Of a DNA stretch of 64,000 bases, positions 1 to 10,183 are shown in pieces. Position numbers and translations under genes: made by a program. Source of the stretch: an uncultured bacterium (GTDB taxonomy: Bacteria; Eisenbacteria; RBG-16-71-46); assembly GCA_964418975.1 (NCBI GenBank), contig CAYQNV010000079.1:11938-75937 (forward strand), read 5' to 3'. How positions within the stretch are numbered: position 1 is the stretch's first letter; each line of letters starts with the position of its first letter. The notes beneath the pieces were generated by a model. That model was not told the DNA's origin and made no database searches. It saw only the letters and a list, made by a program, of their open reading frames with translations.

Positions 1-62
1 CCCATCGCGCCGGGCCCGATTCTCCGGGACCGGCGCGTTGCTTCGTGCCGGGAGGCACCCCG

Positions 63-1970
63 ATGCGCCGACTCGCCGCACTGATCGCTACCGTCCTGCT
101 GCTGCCCGCGCTGTTCCATTCCCGCACCGCGAGCGCGACGATCACGCCAGAAGCCGAGGCTGTGCTGCAGCGCTATGTGCAGGTCTCGGGAGGCGAGGCG
201 GCATTCGCGGCCGAGAGCACGGGATACTCGCATGCGCGCATCCAGGCGTTCGGTTTCGAGGGGAGCTTCTCGGCATGGACCGCGCGCCCCCTGCGCCGCT
301 ACGCGCTCACCGAGCTGGGGCCATTCAAGCTGCGCGAGGGTGTGGACGGTGCCACGGCCTGGCGCACGGACCCCACCACGGGGGTGGTGCGCCCGCTCGC
401 CGACCATGACCTGGACCAGGCGCTCGTGGGGGCGTGGTTCGAGCTGGAGCGTTGGGCGGAACCGGGAGGGGGCGGCGGCAAGGTGACGTGGGTGGGCGTC
501 GAGCGGGACTCACTCGACACTTTCCAAGTGCTCGAGGTGATGCCACCCGACCTCGCCGGCGGCGACCGTCTGCTGCGCTCGCGACGACTGTGGTTCAGTC
601 AGGTCTCGGGCCTGCTCGCGCGCATCGACGGGCGCGACGACCAACGCGAGGTGACCACGCAGCTCACCGACTGGCGTCGCGCCGGTGCGCGGCTGCGCTC
701 GTTCGTGAACGAGTCCGGCATCACCGAGATGCCCGCCAATCGCCTGCGCGCCACATTCGACACGGTGCTCGTCAACGTGGCCGTCGACGGCCTGCCGTTC
801 GCCGCGCCGGCCGAGCGCGGCGGCGGTGTGCGCTGGCTGGCGCAGGCGGGCCGCGCGCGGCTGCCGTTCGACTACCGCGCCCGGCACGTGTGGCTCAAGG
901 CCAGCGTCAACGGCGGGGAGCCGCAGGATTTCCTGTTCGATACCGGCGCGAGCGTGACCGTGCTGGACAGCGGCTGGGTCGCCGAGCGCGGCCTGAAGAC
1001 CGAAGGCCGCATGCAGGCGGCCGGCGCCGGTGCGGCGGGCGGCGCGTCGTTCGCCTCGCTGGCATCGCTCAAGATCGCGTCCAGCTCGGGCGACGGCATC
1101 GAACTGGACGACGTGAAGGTGGCGGTGCTCGACGTGAACTCGAGCTTCGCGCCGCTGTTCTGGCGTCGCATGGCGGGGGTCATTGGCTATGACGTCATCA
1201 GTCGCTTCGTGGTCACGATCGACTACGACGACAGCGTGCTGGTGCTGCACGACCCGGTGAGCTGGCGATATGAGGGCACTGAAAAACCGCTCGCCATGGT
1301 CATGAACGGCACCGTCCCCGCCCTCACGGGCGCGCTGGACGACACGGACGAGGGACTGTTCCGCTTGGACGTTGGCAGCAGCAGTACGGTGGACCTGCAT
1401 GCGCCGTTCGCCCAGGCCAAGCGCCTCAAGGGCCGCATGGGGCGAACCCAGGCCGTGGACGGCGTGGGCTTTGGGGGCGCGTTCTCGAGCGAGATCGGCC
1501 GGCTGCGCCGCATGAACCTCGGACCCTACGAATGGGACGACCCGATCGTGTCGGTGTCGAACGCCACGCAGGGCGCGTTCGCCAGCGAGGATTTCGCGGG
1601 CACCATCGGCAATCGCGTCCTCGAACGATTCCGGGTCACGTTCGACTACCAGCGCCGGCACGTCTACCTGGAGCCCGGCGAGCGCTACGCCGCGCGCGAC
1701 CATCTCACCCGCACCGGCGCGATGTTCGCGCGGCGCAGCGGCGTCGTGACCGTGGTGGATGTGCTGTCCGCCTCGCCCGCGGATCGCGCGGGCCTGCGCG
1801 GCGGTGACGAGGTGCTGGCCGTGGACGGTCGCGGCATCGCCGACTGGGACCTGCCGGCACTGAGCGCGTTGCTGGACGACGGCGAGCCCGGGCAGCGGGT
1901 GACGGTGCGCGTCCGGCGCACGGGCCAGGAACGCACCTGCCGCATCCGTCTCGCCGAGGTGGTGCGCTGA
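63..1970 (+). CDS. Secreted retropepsin-like (clan AA) aspartic protease with two tandem half-domains and a C-terminal PDZ domain
   Basis: ORF 45..1970. GGGAGG precedes an ATG at 63. Signal peptide MRRLAALIATVLLLPALF. Two D-T/S-G catalytic-type motifs, LFDTGASVTVLDSGW and FRLDVGSSSTVDLH. C-terminal PDZ-like segment GDEVLAVDGRGIADW...RVTVRVRR. Confidence 0.7.
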   Translation: MRRLAALIATVLLLPALFHSRTASATITPEAEAVLQRYVQVSGGEAAFAAESTGYSHARIQAFGFEGSFSAWTARPLRRYALTELGPFKLREGVDGATAWRTDPTTGVVRPLADHDLDQALVGAWFELERWAEPGGGGGKVTWVGVERDSLDTFQVLEVMPPDLAGGDRLLRSRRLWFSQVSGLLARIDGRDDQREVTTQLTDWRRAGARLRSFVNESGITEMPANRLRATFDTVLVNVAVDGLPFAAPAERGGGVRWLAQAGRARLPFDYRARHVWLKASVNGGEPQDFLFDTGASVTVLDSGWVAERGLKTEGRMQAAGAGAAGGASFASLASLKIASSSGDGIELDDVKVAVLDVNSSFAPLFWRRMAGVIGYDVISRFVVTIDYDDSVLVLHDPVSWRYEGTEKPLAMVMNGTVPALTGALDDTDEGLFRLDVGSSSTVDLHAPFAQAKRLKGRMGRTQAVDGVGFGGAFSSEIGRLRRMNLGPYEWDDPIVSVSNATQGAFASEDFAGTIGNRVLERFRVTFDYQRRHVYLEPGERYAARDHLTRTGAMFARRSGVVTVVDVLSASPADRAGLRGGDEVLAVDGRGIADWDLPALSALLDDGEPGQRVTVRVRRTGQERTCRIRLAEVVR

Positions 1971-2098
1971 AGCGAGCCTGAGGCCCCGCGCACGCCGTTT
2001 CGTGGGTGGGTGAGGCGGGGGCCGTTCCGGACTCCCCGCGGGCCTCCGGCTGCCGTATGCTTACCTCACCGTCCCGTCACTCGGTTCCCGGAGGCTTG

Positions 2099-4345
2099 AT
2101 GTCGGTAGTCGGTGCCCGCCGCGCGGCCTCGTCCGTGGCGGCGCTCACGATCGTGGCTGTGCTGTGCCTGACGGGCTGCTCGCGCGAGCCGTTGTTGCTC
2201 GGGCCCAACGTGCGCCCCACGCTCGAGGTGACCCAGGCTCCCGCGAATCCCACGCAGCCGTTCTTCTACGGCTACGAGCTGCGCTGGGCGGGCTACGACG
2301 TGGATGGCCACATCGACCACTTTCGCTACGCCATCGATCCGCCCGGCCATGCGAACGCCGAGACCGTGTGGGTGATGACCCGGGAGAACCGGCGCTCGTT
2401 CCTGTTCCATTCCGACCAGCTCGACACGCTCACCGATCGGACCGCCGAGGGTTACCACACCATCGTGTTGCAAGCGGTGGATGACCGAGGCACCCACTCG
2501 GTGCCGGTGTCGCGCTCGTTCACGTCGTTCACCATCGCGCCGACGCTGCAGATCACGCAGCCGCCACCGAACCACCTGTTCTCGCCCACGTTCGGTCCGT
2601 CGTTCCGGCTGGCGTGGACCGGCTCGGACCCGGACGGACGCACGACAAACAAGCCGGTGCAATACAAGTACAAGGTGTTCAGCGAGGGCAGCGGCGAGTT
2701 CGATTTCATCACCGTGCTCGTGAATCCGGACTCGGTGCGACGGCGTTATGCTCCACGATTCAGCGAGTGGGACTCGCTCGGCGGCGACACCACCGCGGTG
2801 GACATACGCGATCTCGTGCCGGGGCAGAAGTACGTGGTGGCGGTGGTCGCGTTCGACGAGGTCGGCGCCTACTCGCCCATCATGAACCTCGACGTGAACA
2901 TGCTGTACTTCAACGTCAGTTACGCCGGCCTGCTCGGGCCCAAGATGACGGTGTACAACGAGGGCTTCTTCTTCAGCTACGGGACCGGCGGGTACTCGCT
3001 CGATCCGGCGACGTTCGTACGCACCGAAGCCGCGGCCGGCCGGCCGCTCCGCTTCAATTGGTATGGCACCACCGCCAGCGGTTCATACGTGACGGGCTAT
3101 CGCTGGATGCTCGACGGCAACATCGGCGACGAGGCCCCGCGCGAGGACGAGAACTCCCAGTTCCATCGCTGGAGCCGCTACTCGCCGCTCACGCTCGGCG
3201 TAGACCTGCCCGCGTTCGAGCCGGCCGGGAACAGCGAGACGCACACGCTCTACATCGAGGCCGTCGACAACAACCACCAGATCAGTCTCGCGGTGGTGCA
3301 GTTCGCCGTGGTTCGCGCCATCTTCGACAAAGAGCTGCTATTCGTGGACGACACGCGGCTGCTCGGCGACCGTCCGGCGGTCGGGGGATGCGTGGACCGG
3401 CCGCGCGGGGTGTGGCCCACGGCCGCCGAGCTGGACACGTTCTTCTTCGCGCGCGGCGGCAAGCCCTGGCGGTGCTACCCCGCCGGCACCCAGTCGCCCA
3501 TCGGGATCTTCCAGGGCTACGCGTTCGACACACTCGGGACTCGGTTCCTGCCGAAGGGCACGCTGACGTTGCAGCAGTTGTCCCGCTATCGGCACATCAT
3601 CTGGTACACGGACAACAAGGCGGGGCGATTCATCAACGAGCCCACGCTGACTCAAGACCCCATGTCGCAGCTTCGCTGGCTCACGCTGCCCGGCCGTACG
3701 AACCCGCTCGGCACCTGGATCACGCAGGGCGGTCAGCTGTGGATGTTCGGCGGCGGCACCGCGACGGCACTGCAGATCAACTGGGAGAAGCCCGGCAGCG
3801 CGGGGGACGTGTACTCGAATACCGACGGCGAGCTGGTGTCGGGGCGGTTCATGTATGACGTGTTCGGGTGGCGCAGCGAGATCACCGCGCGCTCCGTGGC
3901 GCAGGCCACACAGCCTCCGCATCCGCCCGGTCGCAGCACCAGCCCGCTGGACTACACGGGACTTCCCGATTACCTGTTCGAGAAGTCCGTGGACACCGAC
4001 CCGATCGCCCTGTACGCCCCGAATCGCCTCAGCCAGTCGGACTTCTATCAATCGGCGCACATCGCCGAGGGGCTCAGCAAGGCGAACGACGTTCGCGAGG
4101 ATCGCGATCCGAATCCGGACGTACGGGTCGAGGAATCGGTGGTGGACACGCTCTACGAATCCGTCGGCGGGCAGCTGGGCTCGCAGCGGCCGATCATGAC
4201 GGTTTGGCACGGCGGTGCCGGCGGCCAGATCCACGTGTTCAGCGGGTTCCAACTGTGGTATTGGCGACGCGCACAGCAGATCGAGATCCTCGACTGGGTG
4301 CTGCAAAAGGCTTGGGGGCTGTCGCGCGAGAACGTGCCGCGATAG
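2099..4345 (+). CDS. Large lipoprotein of unknown function
   Basis: GGAGG is followed by an ATG at 2099 inside ORF 2006..4345. Lipobox LCLTGCS after a hydrophobic signal peptide. 748 aa with no recognisable catalytic motif. Confidence 0.6.
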   Translation: MSVVGARRAASSVAALTIVAVLCLTGCSREPLLLGPNVRPTLEVTQAPANPTQPFFYGYELRWAGYDVDGHIDHFRYAIDPPGHANAETVWVMTRENRRSFLFHSDQLDTLTDRTAEGYHTIVLQAVDDRGTHSVPVSRSFTSFTIAPTLQITQPPPNHLFSPTFGPSFRLAWTGSDPDGRTTNKPVQYKYKVFSEGSGEFDFITVLVNPDSVRRRYAPRFSEWDSLGGDTTAVDIRDLVPGQKYVVAVVAFDEVGAYSPIMNLDVNMLYFNVSYAGLLGPKMTVYNEGFFFSYGTGGYSLDPATFVRTEAAAGRPLRFNWYGTTASGSYVTGYRWMLDGNIGDEAPREDENSQFHRWSRYSPLTLGVDLPAFEPAGNSETHTLYIEAVDNNHQISLAVVQFAVVRAIFDKELLFVDDTRLLGDRPAVGGCVDRPRGVWPTAAELDTFFFARGGKPWRCYPAGTQSPIGIFQGYAFDTLGTRFLPKGTLTLQQLSRYRHIIWYTDNKAGRFINEPTLTQDPMSQLRWLTLPGRTNPLGTWITQGGQLWMFGGGTATALQINWEKPGSAGDVYSNTDGELVSGRFMYDVFGWRSEITARSVAQATQPPHPPGRSTSPLDYTGLPDYLFEKSVDTDPIALYAPNRLSQSDFYQSAHIAEGLSKANDVREDRDPNPDVRVEESVVDTLYESVGGQLGSQRPIMTVWHGGAGGQIHVFSGFQLWYWRRAQQIEILDWVLQKAWGLSRENVPR

Positions 4346-4356
4346 CCCGGCGCTTC

Positions 4357-5760
4357 CTAAGCCAGCTCCGGGTGCTGCCGGTGGTGCGAGGTGCGGGCTT
4401 GGAATCGCTCGCCGAGGTCGAGCAGCGTGGCCTCCTCGAACGGCGCAGCGACCAACTGGAATCCCGTCGGCATGCCGGCCTTTCCGGCACCGCTCGGCAG
4501 GGCCAGGCCGGGCAGCCCACACGCGGCAGCGAGCGCGCCCATGGGGTCACCGTAGGGGAGCGCCTCGTTCAGGTCCTGCTCCACGGGTGGCGCGACGCTC
4601 ATGAAGTTCGGCGTCACGATCACATCCCAGCGTGCGAAGAAGTCGCGCATCGTGCGCTGGATGGACTCGCGCACGCGCATCGCCTTCAGCGTGTCGGCTC
4701 CGGTCACCACCTCGGCGATCTCGCGCTGGCGTGGGGCCATCCGGTCGGTGAGCTGTCGCACGCGGCCATCGTCGAGGAACGGCTCGAAAGCCGCGAGTGC
4801 CTCGACGCCGATCAGCACGCCGGACACCTCGGCCGCGGGCACGTCCGGGAGCGCGACCGTCTCCAAGGCGAGGCCGGCGGCGCGCAGCTCGGCGACGCCG
4901 GATTCGAATGCGGCGCGCACTTCGGGCTCGCCGACCTTGGACCAATCGAGCGGCACCAACGCCGCCTTGAGCGAGCGGAGCGACCGACCCGTGCCGCGGC
5001 CCAGGCGCACGGGGCGGTCCTGGCACGACGGGTCGCGCGGGTCGGGCCCGGCGATCGCGGCAAGCACCGTGCGGCAGTCGCCCACGGAGCGCGCGAGCGG
5101 ACCGACTTTGTCGAATGTGTAAGCACCCACCATGCCCCCGGCGCGTGAGACGAGTCCGTAGCTGGGGCGGATTCCGGTGAGCCCGCAAAATGCCGCGGGG
5201 CAGAGGATCGAGCCCCAGGTCTCGGTGCCGAGTGCGAACGTGGCGAGCCCAGCCGCCACCGCGCCGCCCGACCCGGAAGACGAGCCGCCGGTCCAGCGCG
5301 ACGGGTCCCACGGGTTTCGGCCCGGTCCGCTCGCCGAGGCGCCGGCGAAGCGATAGCCGAGGCAGCCGGCGAACTCCACCATGGCGGCCTTCCCCAGCAA
5401 CACCGCGCCCGCGGCCTCGAGCCGCGCGATGACCGTGGCGTCCTGGGTGGGCACGCGGTCGCGCAGGAATCGCGTGCCCCATGCGGTGGCGATGCCGCGC
5501 GTGTCGAACAGGTCCTTCGCCGCGTACGGGATGCCGTGCAAGGGTCCGCGCCAGCGCTGCGAGCGAAGCTCGCTCGTGGCGCGCGCCGCCTGCTCGAGTG
5601 CCAACGCGGGCGTCACCTGTTCGAACGCGTTCAAGCGCTCGTTCAGCCGCTCGATGCGCTCGAGGAAGCCGCGCGTCAGCTCCAGCGGCGACAGGCGGCC
5701 GGCGCGCAGCTCGGGTGTGAGCTCCTCGGCGGTCGCGAACCAGATGTTGGACTTGAGCAT
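4357..5760 (-). CDS. Amidase (amidase-signature family, GatA-like)
   Basis: Gly/Ser-rich amidase signature GGSSSGSGGAVAAGLATFALGTETWGSI. 467 aa. Confidence 0.85.
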   Translation of the reverse strand: MLKSNIWFATAEELTPELRAGRLSPLELTRGFLERIERLNERLNAFEQVTPALALEQAARATSELRSQRWRGPLHGIPYAAKDLFDTRGIATAWGTRFLRDRVPTQDATVIARLEAAGAVLLGKAAMVEFAGCLGYRFAGASASGPGRNPWDPSRWTGGSSSGSGGAVAAGLATFALGTETWGSILCPAAFCGLTGIRPSYGLVSRAGGMVGAYTFDKVGPLARSVGDCRTVLAAIAGPDPRDPSCQDRPVRLGRGTGRSLRSLKAALVPLDWSKVGEPEVRAAFESGVAELRAAGLALETVALPDVPAAEVSGVLIGVEALAAFEPFLDDGRVRQLTDRMAPRQREIAEVVTGADTLKAMRVRESIQRTMRDFFARWDVIVTPNFMSVAPPVEQDLNEALPYGDPMGALAAACGLPGLALPSGAGKAGMPTGFQLVAAPFEEATLLDLGERFQARTSHHRQHPELA

Positions 5761-5772
5761 GGCTATTTCGGG

Positions 5773-6111
5773 TCAGCGCCTCCGGCGCTGTGAAGCGGGC
5801 GCCGGCGGCGGGGGCAGTGGACGGAACACCACCGGCAGGTCGCCACCGGGTGGCAGTTCGAAGTCGCGGATCGCCTTGAGCGCCGACAGCGTGCTGGCGC
5901 GCTGGCGGTCGAACTCCTTCTCGTCGGCGCCGGCCACGGGCGGGAGCGGCTTCGCACCTAGCCCCGCGGCGGGTCTTCGACGCGGACGGCTCGCGGCCTC
6001 CGCGGCCGCGGCCGGAGTGGCGAGCAGTACTGCCGAGCCCGCGGCGACCAGTCCCACGAACCGCCGGCGGGAGAGCTTCATGGCCGGGCGGTCTCCGCGA
6101 CGCGCGCTCAT
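5773..6111 (-). CDS. Small twin-arginine (TAT) signal protein, hypothetical
   Basis: MKLSRRRFVGLVAAGSAVLLATPAAAAEA TAT-type signal. Its start overlaps the upstream thioesterase stop by 4 nt, and its stop lies 13 nt from the amidase start. Confidence 0.45.
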   Translation of the reverse strand: MSARRGDRPAMKLSRRRFVGLVAAGSAVLLATPAAAAEAASRPRRRPAAGLGAKPLPPVAGADEKEFDRQRASTLSALKAIRDFELPPGGDLPVVFRPLPPPPAPASQRRRR

Positions 6112-6551
6112 GACCTCACCTCGCGGGTGAGCGGACGGCCCTCAAACGCCTCGAGCCGTTCGCGCATTTCGGGTGGGCAGGGCTGACTGGTCTTGCTGGC
6201 ATAGTCGTAGAACACCTGCACGGTGCGCGCGGACGCCACCAGCCGCCGGGTCGTCGCCTCGCGGACGGCGTACTCGAATCCGAACGACTTGGTGCCCACG
6301 TGCGAACAGCGGATGCACAGCTCGAGCGTCTCCTTCATGAGTGCCTCGGAGCGGAAGTCGATGTCCACGTGCGCCAGGATGAACGGCACGACACGGTAGT
6401 CCTCGTCCTGCTTGAACGCACGCCAGTATTCCTGGCGCGCTACCTCGAGATAGGTCACGTACACCGCGTTGTTGATGTGGCCCATGGCGTCGGTGTCGCG
6501 AAATCGCGGGCGGAGCGGCGCGACGATGGTCCAGCGTTCGGGGTCCGACAC
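6108..6551 (-). CDS. Acyl-CoA thioesterase (4HBT / YbgC-like hot-dog fold)
   Basis: FRDTDAMGHINNAVYVTYLEVARQEYW is typical of 4HBT thioesterases. 147 aa. Confidence 0.7.
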   Translation of the reverse strand: MSDPERWTIVAPLRPRFRDTDAMGHINNAVYVTYLEVARQEYWRAFKQDEDYRVVPFILAHVDIDFRSEALMKETLELCIRCSHVGTKSFGFEYAVREATTRRLVASARTVQVFYDYASKTSQPCPPEMRERLEAFEGRPLTREVRS

Positions 6552-6610
6552 GAGCAGGGGCCTGACTTTCTATGAGCGGCGCCTCCGGCGCCGCCGTGGC
6601 AACAGCGACG

Positions 6611-7891
6611 TCAGAATCCGTTCATGGGCATGAGGAACACGGGCCGCGCGCGGAACCAGTGCTCGAGCATCTCCGCGGCGCCGCGCACGTCCTCGACCAG
6701 CCCGGCCTCAGCCGCGCGTACGGGGCTCACCGCACCGGCGGCGAGGATCGCCAGCGTCTCGGCAGTGCACGTGAGACGTGGGAGCTTGTCGCGGCTCGCG
6801 GCCTGGCGTGCGGTCTCGGCGCGCACGTTCAGGCGGCCCTCGCGCGCGTGCACGCGCCACGCTCGTTCGTTGTGCGGCAGCACGCCGTCGCGCACGTCCA
6901 GCACCAACTCGCCGCGTGCCAGCGACGTCACGGGTAGCGACTCGAGCGCGGCTTTGACGTCCACCAACCGGAGCATCGCGCCATAGCCGGCGTGGCCGGT
7001 GCTGCGCACCACGCCCAGCTTCATGTCCCCGCGCAGGTTCGCCGCGTCCGCGAACTGCGCCGCCCAGGGCGCGTCCATCGGCGTGGACATGATCAGCTCC
7101 ACCGCCTGGTCGCGCAGCCCGTGCAGGTAGCCCGTGAGCCCGCGATGCGCGTCCGGCGTGTGCGCCACGAACTCGTTCACGGTGAGCACCAGCTTCCACG
7201 GCCCGTCGCCGCTGTCGATCTGCAGATGCAGGTAACCCTCGATCTGGCCGCGCCGGCGCTCGTACACGATCCACTCGCCCTCGTAGCCCCACAACCGACG
7301 TTCCCACCATTCCGGACGCCGGGCGATCGCGAAGTGGCCACGCTCGCGCACGTGGCGTTCGTAGAGTTCCTGGACGAGCGGACGGTCGGGCATGCGCAGC
7401 CGGCGCACGCGGCGCGCCTCGTCCGAAGCCGGCAGCAACGCGGGCGGCACCGACAGCATCGTGGGGGTTTCGACCAGCCCCCAGCCGAAGCGGCGGTAGA
7501 AGTCGCCGCGGAACGCGTACAGCAGGCTCAGGGCGTCGCCACGCTGGCGCATGTCGCGCAGCGTCGCGCGCATGAGCGCATCGCCCACACCGCGGCGGCG
7601 ATGCTCGGGCGACACCGCCACCGAGCCGATGCCGGTAACCGGCAACTTCACGCCGCGCACGTAGCCGTGCAGCGGGTAGAGCACCAGGTAGGCCACGATC
7701 TCGCCGTCGAGTTCGCCCACGCGCACGTCTCGCAGGCCGAAGCGCGGATGGTCGCTGAAGAACTCGCGGCGGGACTCCGCACTCGACACGCGATAGGCGC
7801 GTAGCGACAGGTCCACCAGCGTCTCGATGTCGGTGCGCCGCGCCGAGCGATAGCGAAGCGCCGGTGTGCGGGCCGGGCGTGCCGGGCTCAC
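6611..7891 (-). CDS. Eis-like GNAT N-acetyltransferase (GNAT + GNAT + SCP2-like C-terminus)
   Basis: GNAT motif GIGSVAVSPEHRRRGVGDALMRATL. Length of about 426 aa and architecture match Eis-family acetyltransferases. Confidence 0.7.
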   Translation of the reverse strand: MSPARPARTPALRYRSARRTDIETLVDLSLRAYRVSSAESRREFFSDHPRFGLRDVRVGELDGEIVAYLVLYPLHGYVRGVKLPVTGIGSVAVSPEHRRRGVGDALMRATLRDMRQRGDALSLLYAFRGDFYRRFGWGLVETPTMLSVPPALLPASDEARRVRRLRMPDRPLVQELYERHVRERGHFAIARRPEWWERRLWGYEGEWIVYERRRGQIEGYLHLQIDSGDGPWKLVLTVNEFVAHTPDAHRGLTGYLHGLRDQAVELIMSTPMDAPWAAQFADAANLRGDMKLGVVRSTGHAGYGAMLRLVDVKAALESLPVTSLARGELVLDVRDGVLPHNERAWRVHAREGRLNVRAETARQAASRDKLPRLTCTAETLAILAAGAVSPVRAAEAGLVEDVRGAAEMLEHWFRARPVFLMPMNGF

Positions 7892-8427
7892 AGGCGGGCT
7901 TCCTGAACCAGGAACAGCGCGGCAGCGCCATCGCGCGCGCGCGTGATGCCGGGGCCGCGCAGACCCTGCCCACCGCGCAGCGCGCGCAGGACGGCTGGGC
8001 TCTGCCAGTCGGAGTTGAAATGCGTGAGCACTTCGAAACGGTAGTTCCCGGCCGGCAGTGGACCGCGCTCGCCGATCAACGGCGGCGTGTCGAATGTGGA
8101 GCCCTGCACGAACACTTGCGCCATGGCCACGGACACCACGCCGCTCGGCTCCTTGATCGCGATCTGCAACTTGGTGCCGTCCGGCAGTCGCGCCCGGCCG
8201 GTCACACGCACCGCACCGTTCGACATGCGGTAGGGCTCGAAGCGTTCCACGACCGGGGCGCCCTCCGACAGGCCGGTCGTGTCGGGCAGCGTCTCGAACG
8301 AGAGCTCGGGCGCCGCCTTTTCGCGGCTACAGGCCACGAGAGCGAGCACGAGCAGGCAGGGGAGCGCGCACGCCGCACGGGCACGCGGGAGCGGGGCACG
8401 TCGCGGGGCACGTCGCATGCAACGCAA
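7888..8427 (-). CDS. Lipoprotein, hypothetical
   Basis: Signal peptide plus lipobox LVLALVACS. Its start overlaps the stop of the Eis-like gene. Confidence 0.5.
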   Translation of the reverse strand: MRCMRRAPRRAPLPRARAACALPCLLVLALVACSREKAAPELSFETLPDTTGLSEGAPVVERFEPYRMSNGAVRVTGRARLPDGTKLQIAIKEPSGVVSVAMAQVFVQGSTFDTPPLIGERGPLPAGNYRFEVLTHFNSDWQSPAVLRALRGGQGLRGPGITRARDGAAALFLVQEARL

Positions 8428-8466
8428 GGTAGCAACACGCGCGGCGCAGGGGAACCGCGAAGCGTG

Positions 8467-9035
8467 CTACATGCCCACCGCGCGCCGCGTGCGCTCGGCC
8501 TGGGCGAGATGCCGGTGGCCGTGCACCACCAGGATCCGAAACGCGTCGCCCAAGTTGATGCGGAACAGCGGCGAGACCGGCGAGGCGAACCCGGTGCCAA
8601 GGTCGAAGCCGTCGGCCTCGTGCATGAGCTTGCGCAGACGCACCACGCTGCCGAGGAACTCGTCCACGACGTTCGGCCGCGGCTCGCGCCCGACGCGGTA
8701 GAGCTTCGGGGTGGACATGGGCTTGCCGCCCTCGACGAGCGCGCGCGTGAGCCAGCCACCCACGAAGCTCGGCTTCCAGGCTCGCAGCGATGGACCGCGT
8801 GCCACGGCTTTCGCCACCGCCTGCGGCAGCGGGCCGTCCAGGTACGAGTAGCTCGACACGCACAGGTGCTCGAACACCTGCGCCACGCTCCAACCGCCGT
8901 CGGGCGGAACTTCGCGGAATTTCGCCTCGGGCAGGCCCGACACGGCCACGCGCGCGCGCGGCTCGATGCGGTCCAGCTCGACGAGGAGTTGCGCCAGCAT
9001 GGGGGAACGAAGCCCCGGGGCGGCCGTGGTCATGG
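8467..9035 (-). CDS. DinB-family (DinB_2 four-helix-bundle) protein
   Basis: An internal start ATG at 9033..9035 is preceded by GGGAGGAACCC. The sequence VAQVFEHLCVSSY...ILVVHGHRHLAQAERT is typical of DinB/YfiT-like metal-dependent proteins. The long in-frame N-terminal extension in the ORF track is Ala/Gly/Arg-rich and probably not translated. Confidence 0.65.
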
Positions 9036-9307
9036 GTTCCTCCCGTGATCGGGTTCGCGCGGCGCCCAGCGCGCCACTGCGCCGGGCAGCATACGCCAAC
9101 TCGCGGTCCGAACGGAGTTTCGGGGCAGGGCGGGCGCCGCGGACCCCCGCCATGCGTGATTGCGGCGTGCCTCCGGGCTCTGCTAGCTTGCCCTGCCTGT
9201 CCGCGTGCCGGGTGCCTCCGGGAGATCGTCGGCCACGCTGCGCACGCCGGGTCCCGGCGCCACCGTCTGCCCCGACCGGGCCTACGTCGAGTCGAAAGGA
9301 GTTTCGG

Positions 9308-10111
9308 GTGAACCAGTCCGTTGCGAACCTGCGGCGTGCCGCCGCGGTCCTGGCCGCGTTCGCATTGCTCTCCGGTCTCACGCCGGCGCTGTCGCGCGCC
9401 CAGTCGGACGCCAAACCCAGCGATGCCACTCCGACAGACACCACGGCCACGCTTGCCGCCCCGGCGGACACCACCGCGCCGGCGGCGGCCGCGGCTACCC
9501 CCGCGAAGCCGGGCAGGCCGCCGAAGGTCGCCAGGGTCAAGCCGCCGCAGAAATCCTTCGAAGAGCGCAAGAAGGAGGACGGTGTTCACGCTGGTGGATC
9601 CAACTGGCTGTCATTCCGCTTTGGCTATGCCAAGCGCGCCGGCAACGAATCCGGGCAGGGCCTGGTGGGCTACGGCGTCGGCTACCAGCGCATGCTCACC
9701 CACAAGTACGCTTTCGCCGCCGGCGTCGGGCACGATGTCGTCGGCCACTTCGGCGGGCAGATCGACGAAGCCGTGCCGTTCACCGCGGAGTTCCAGCGTC
9801 ACTTCAATTGGAAGACCGCGGTGCGCCCGTTCGTGGGACTGGGCGGCGGATACTACTTCCGCAAGAACTACCGGACCGGCACGAACTACGAAACTGTCAC
9901 GCGGGGCGGGCCGCACGTCTCGCTGGGCTTCAACTCGGCGCTCGACGACAAGCATGTGATCGGATTCGAGACGCGGGTGGCCTATGTCGGACTCGAGGCA
10001 GGAGTCACATACGACCCGCTGACGGCCGTCTCGGGGCAGTTCCCGTTCGGCTTCCAGTCCGGAGCCGAGACGATCTACACGGCCAAGGTGAGCTGGGCCC
10101 TGGTCTACTGA
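9308..10111 (+). CDS. Outer-membrane beta-barrel protein (OmpA-like barrel / porin family)
   Basis: GTG at 9308 follows AAGGAG. Signal peptide LRRAAAVLAAFALLSGLTPALSRAQ. An Ala/Pro-rich linker, then alternating amphipathic strands rich in G/Y/F, ending in an aromatic residue (...SWALVY). Confidence 0.6.
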   Translation: MNQSVANLRRAAAVLAAFALLSGLTPALSRAQSDAKPSDATPTDTTATLAAPADTTAPAAAAATPAKPGRPPKVARVKPPQKSFEERKKEDGVHAGGSNWLSFRFGYAKRAGNESGQGLVGYGVGYQRMLTHKYAFAAGVGHDVVGHFGGQIDEAVPFTAEFQRHFNWKTAVRPFVGLGGGYYFRKNYRTGTNYETVTRGGPHVSLGFNSALDDKHVIGFETRVAYVGLEAGVTYDPLTAVSGQFPFGFQSGAETIYTAKVSWALVY

Positions 10112-10183
10112 CGTCTCCTCCTGGCCTCCGGACCAAGGGGCGCCGGGAGGCCTGCCGCACGCCATCGGCCCTTAGGAGGGCGA

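Noticed and set aside
510-1703. 397-aa ORF antisense to the PDZ protease gene, and similar long antisense or alternative-frame ORFs (for example 434..1192, 10880..12745, 10899..12707, 14640..15647, 25570..27399, 32420..34030, 45827..47020, 49507..51063, 60842..63214, 51913..54006)
   Set aside because: The composition is dominated by Arg/Ala/Gly/Pro, which is typical of non-coding frames in ~70% GC DNA. Each overlaps a gene with clear motif support on the other strand or frame.
8966-9307. N-terminal 114 aa of ORF 8966..10111 preceding the beta-barrel protein
   Set aside because: It overlaps the DinB-family gene on the opposite strand. The signal peptide and an AAGGAG-GTG start at 9308 define the real N-terminus.
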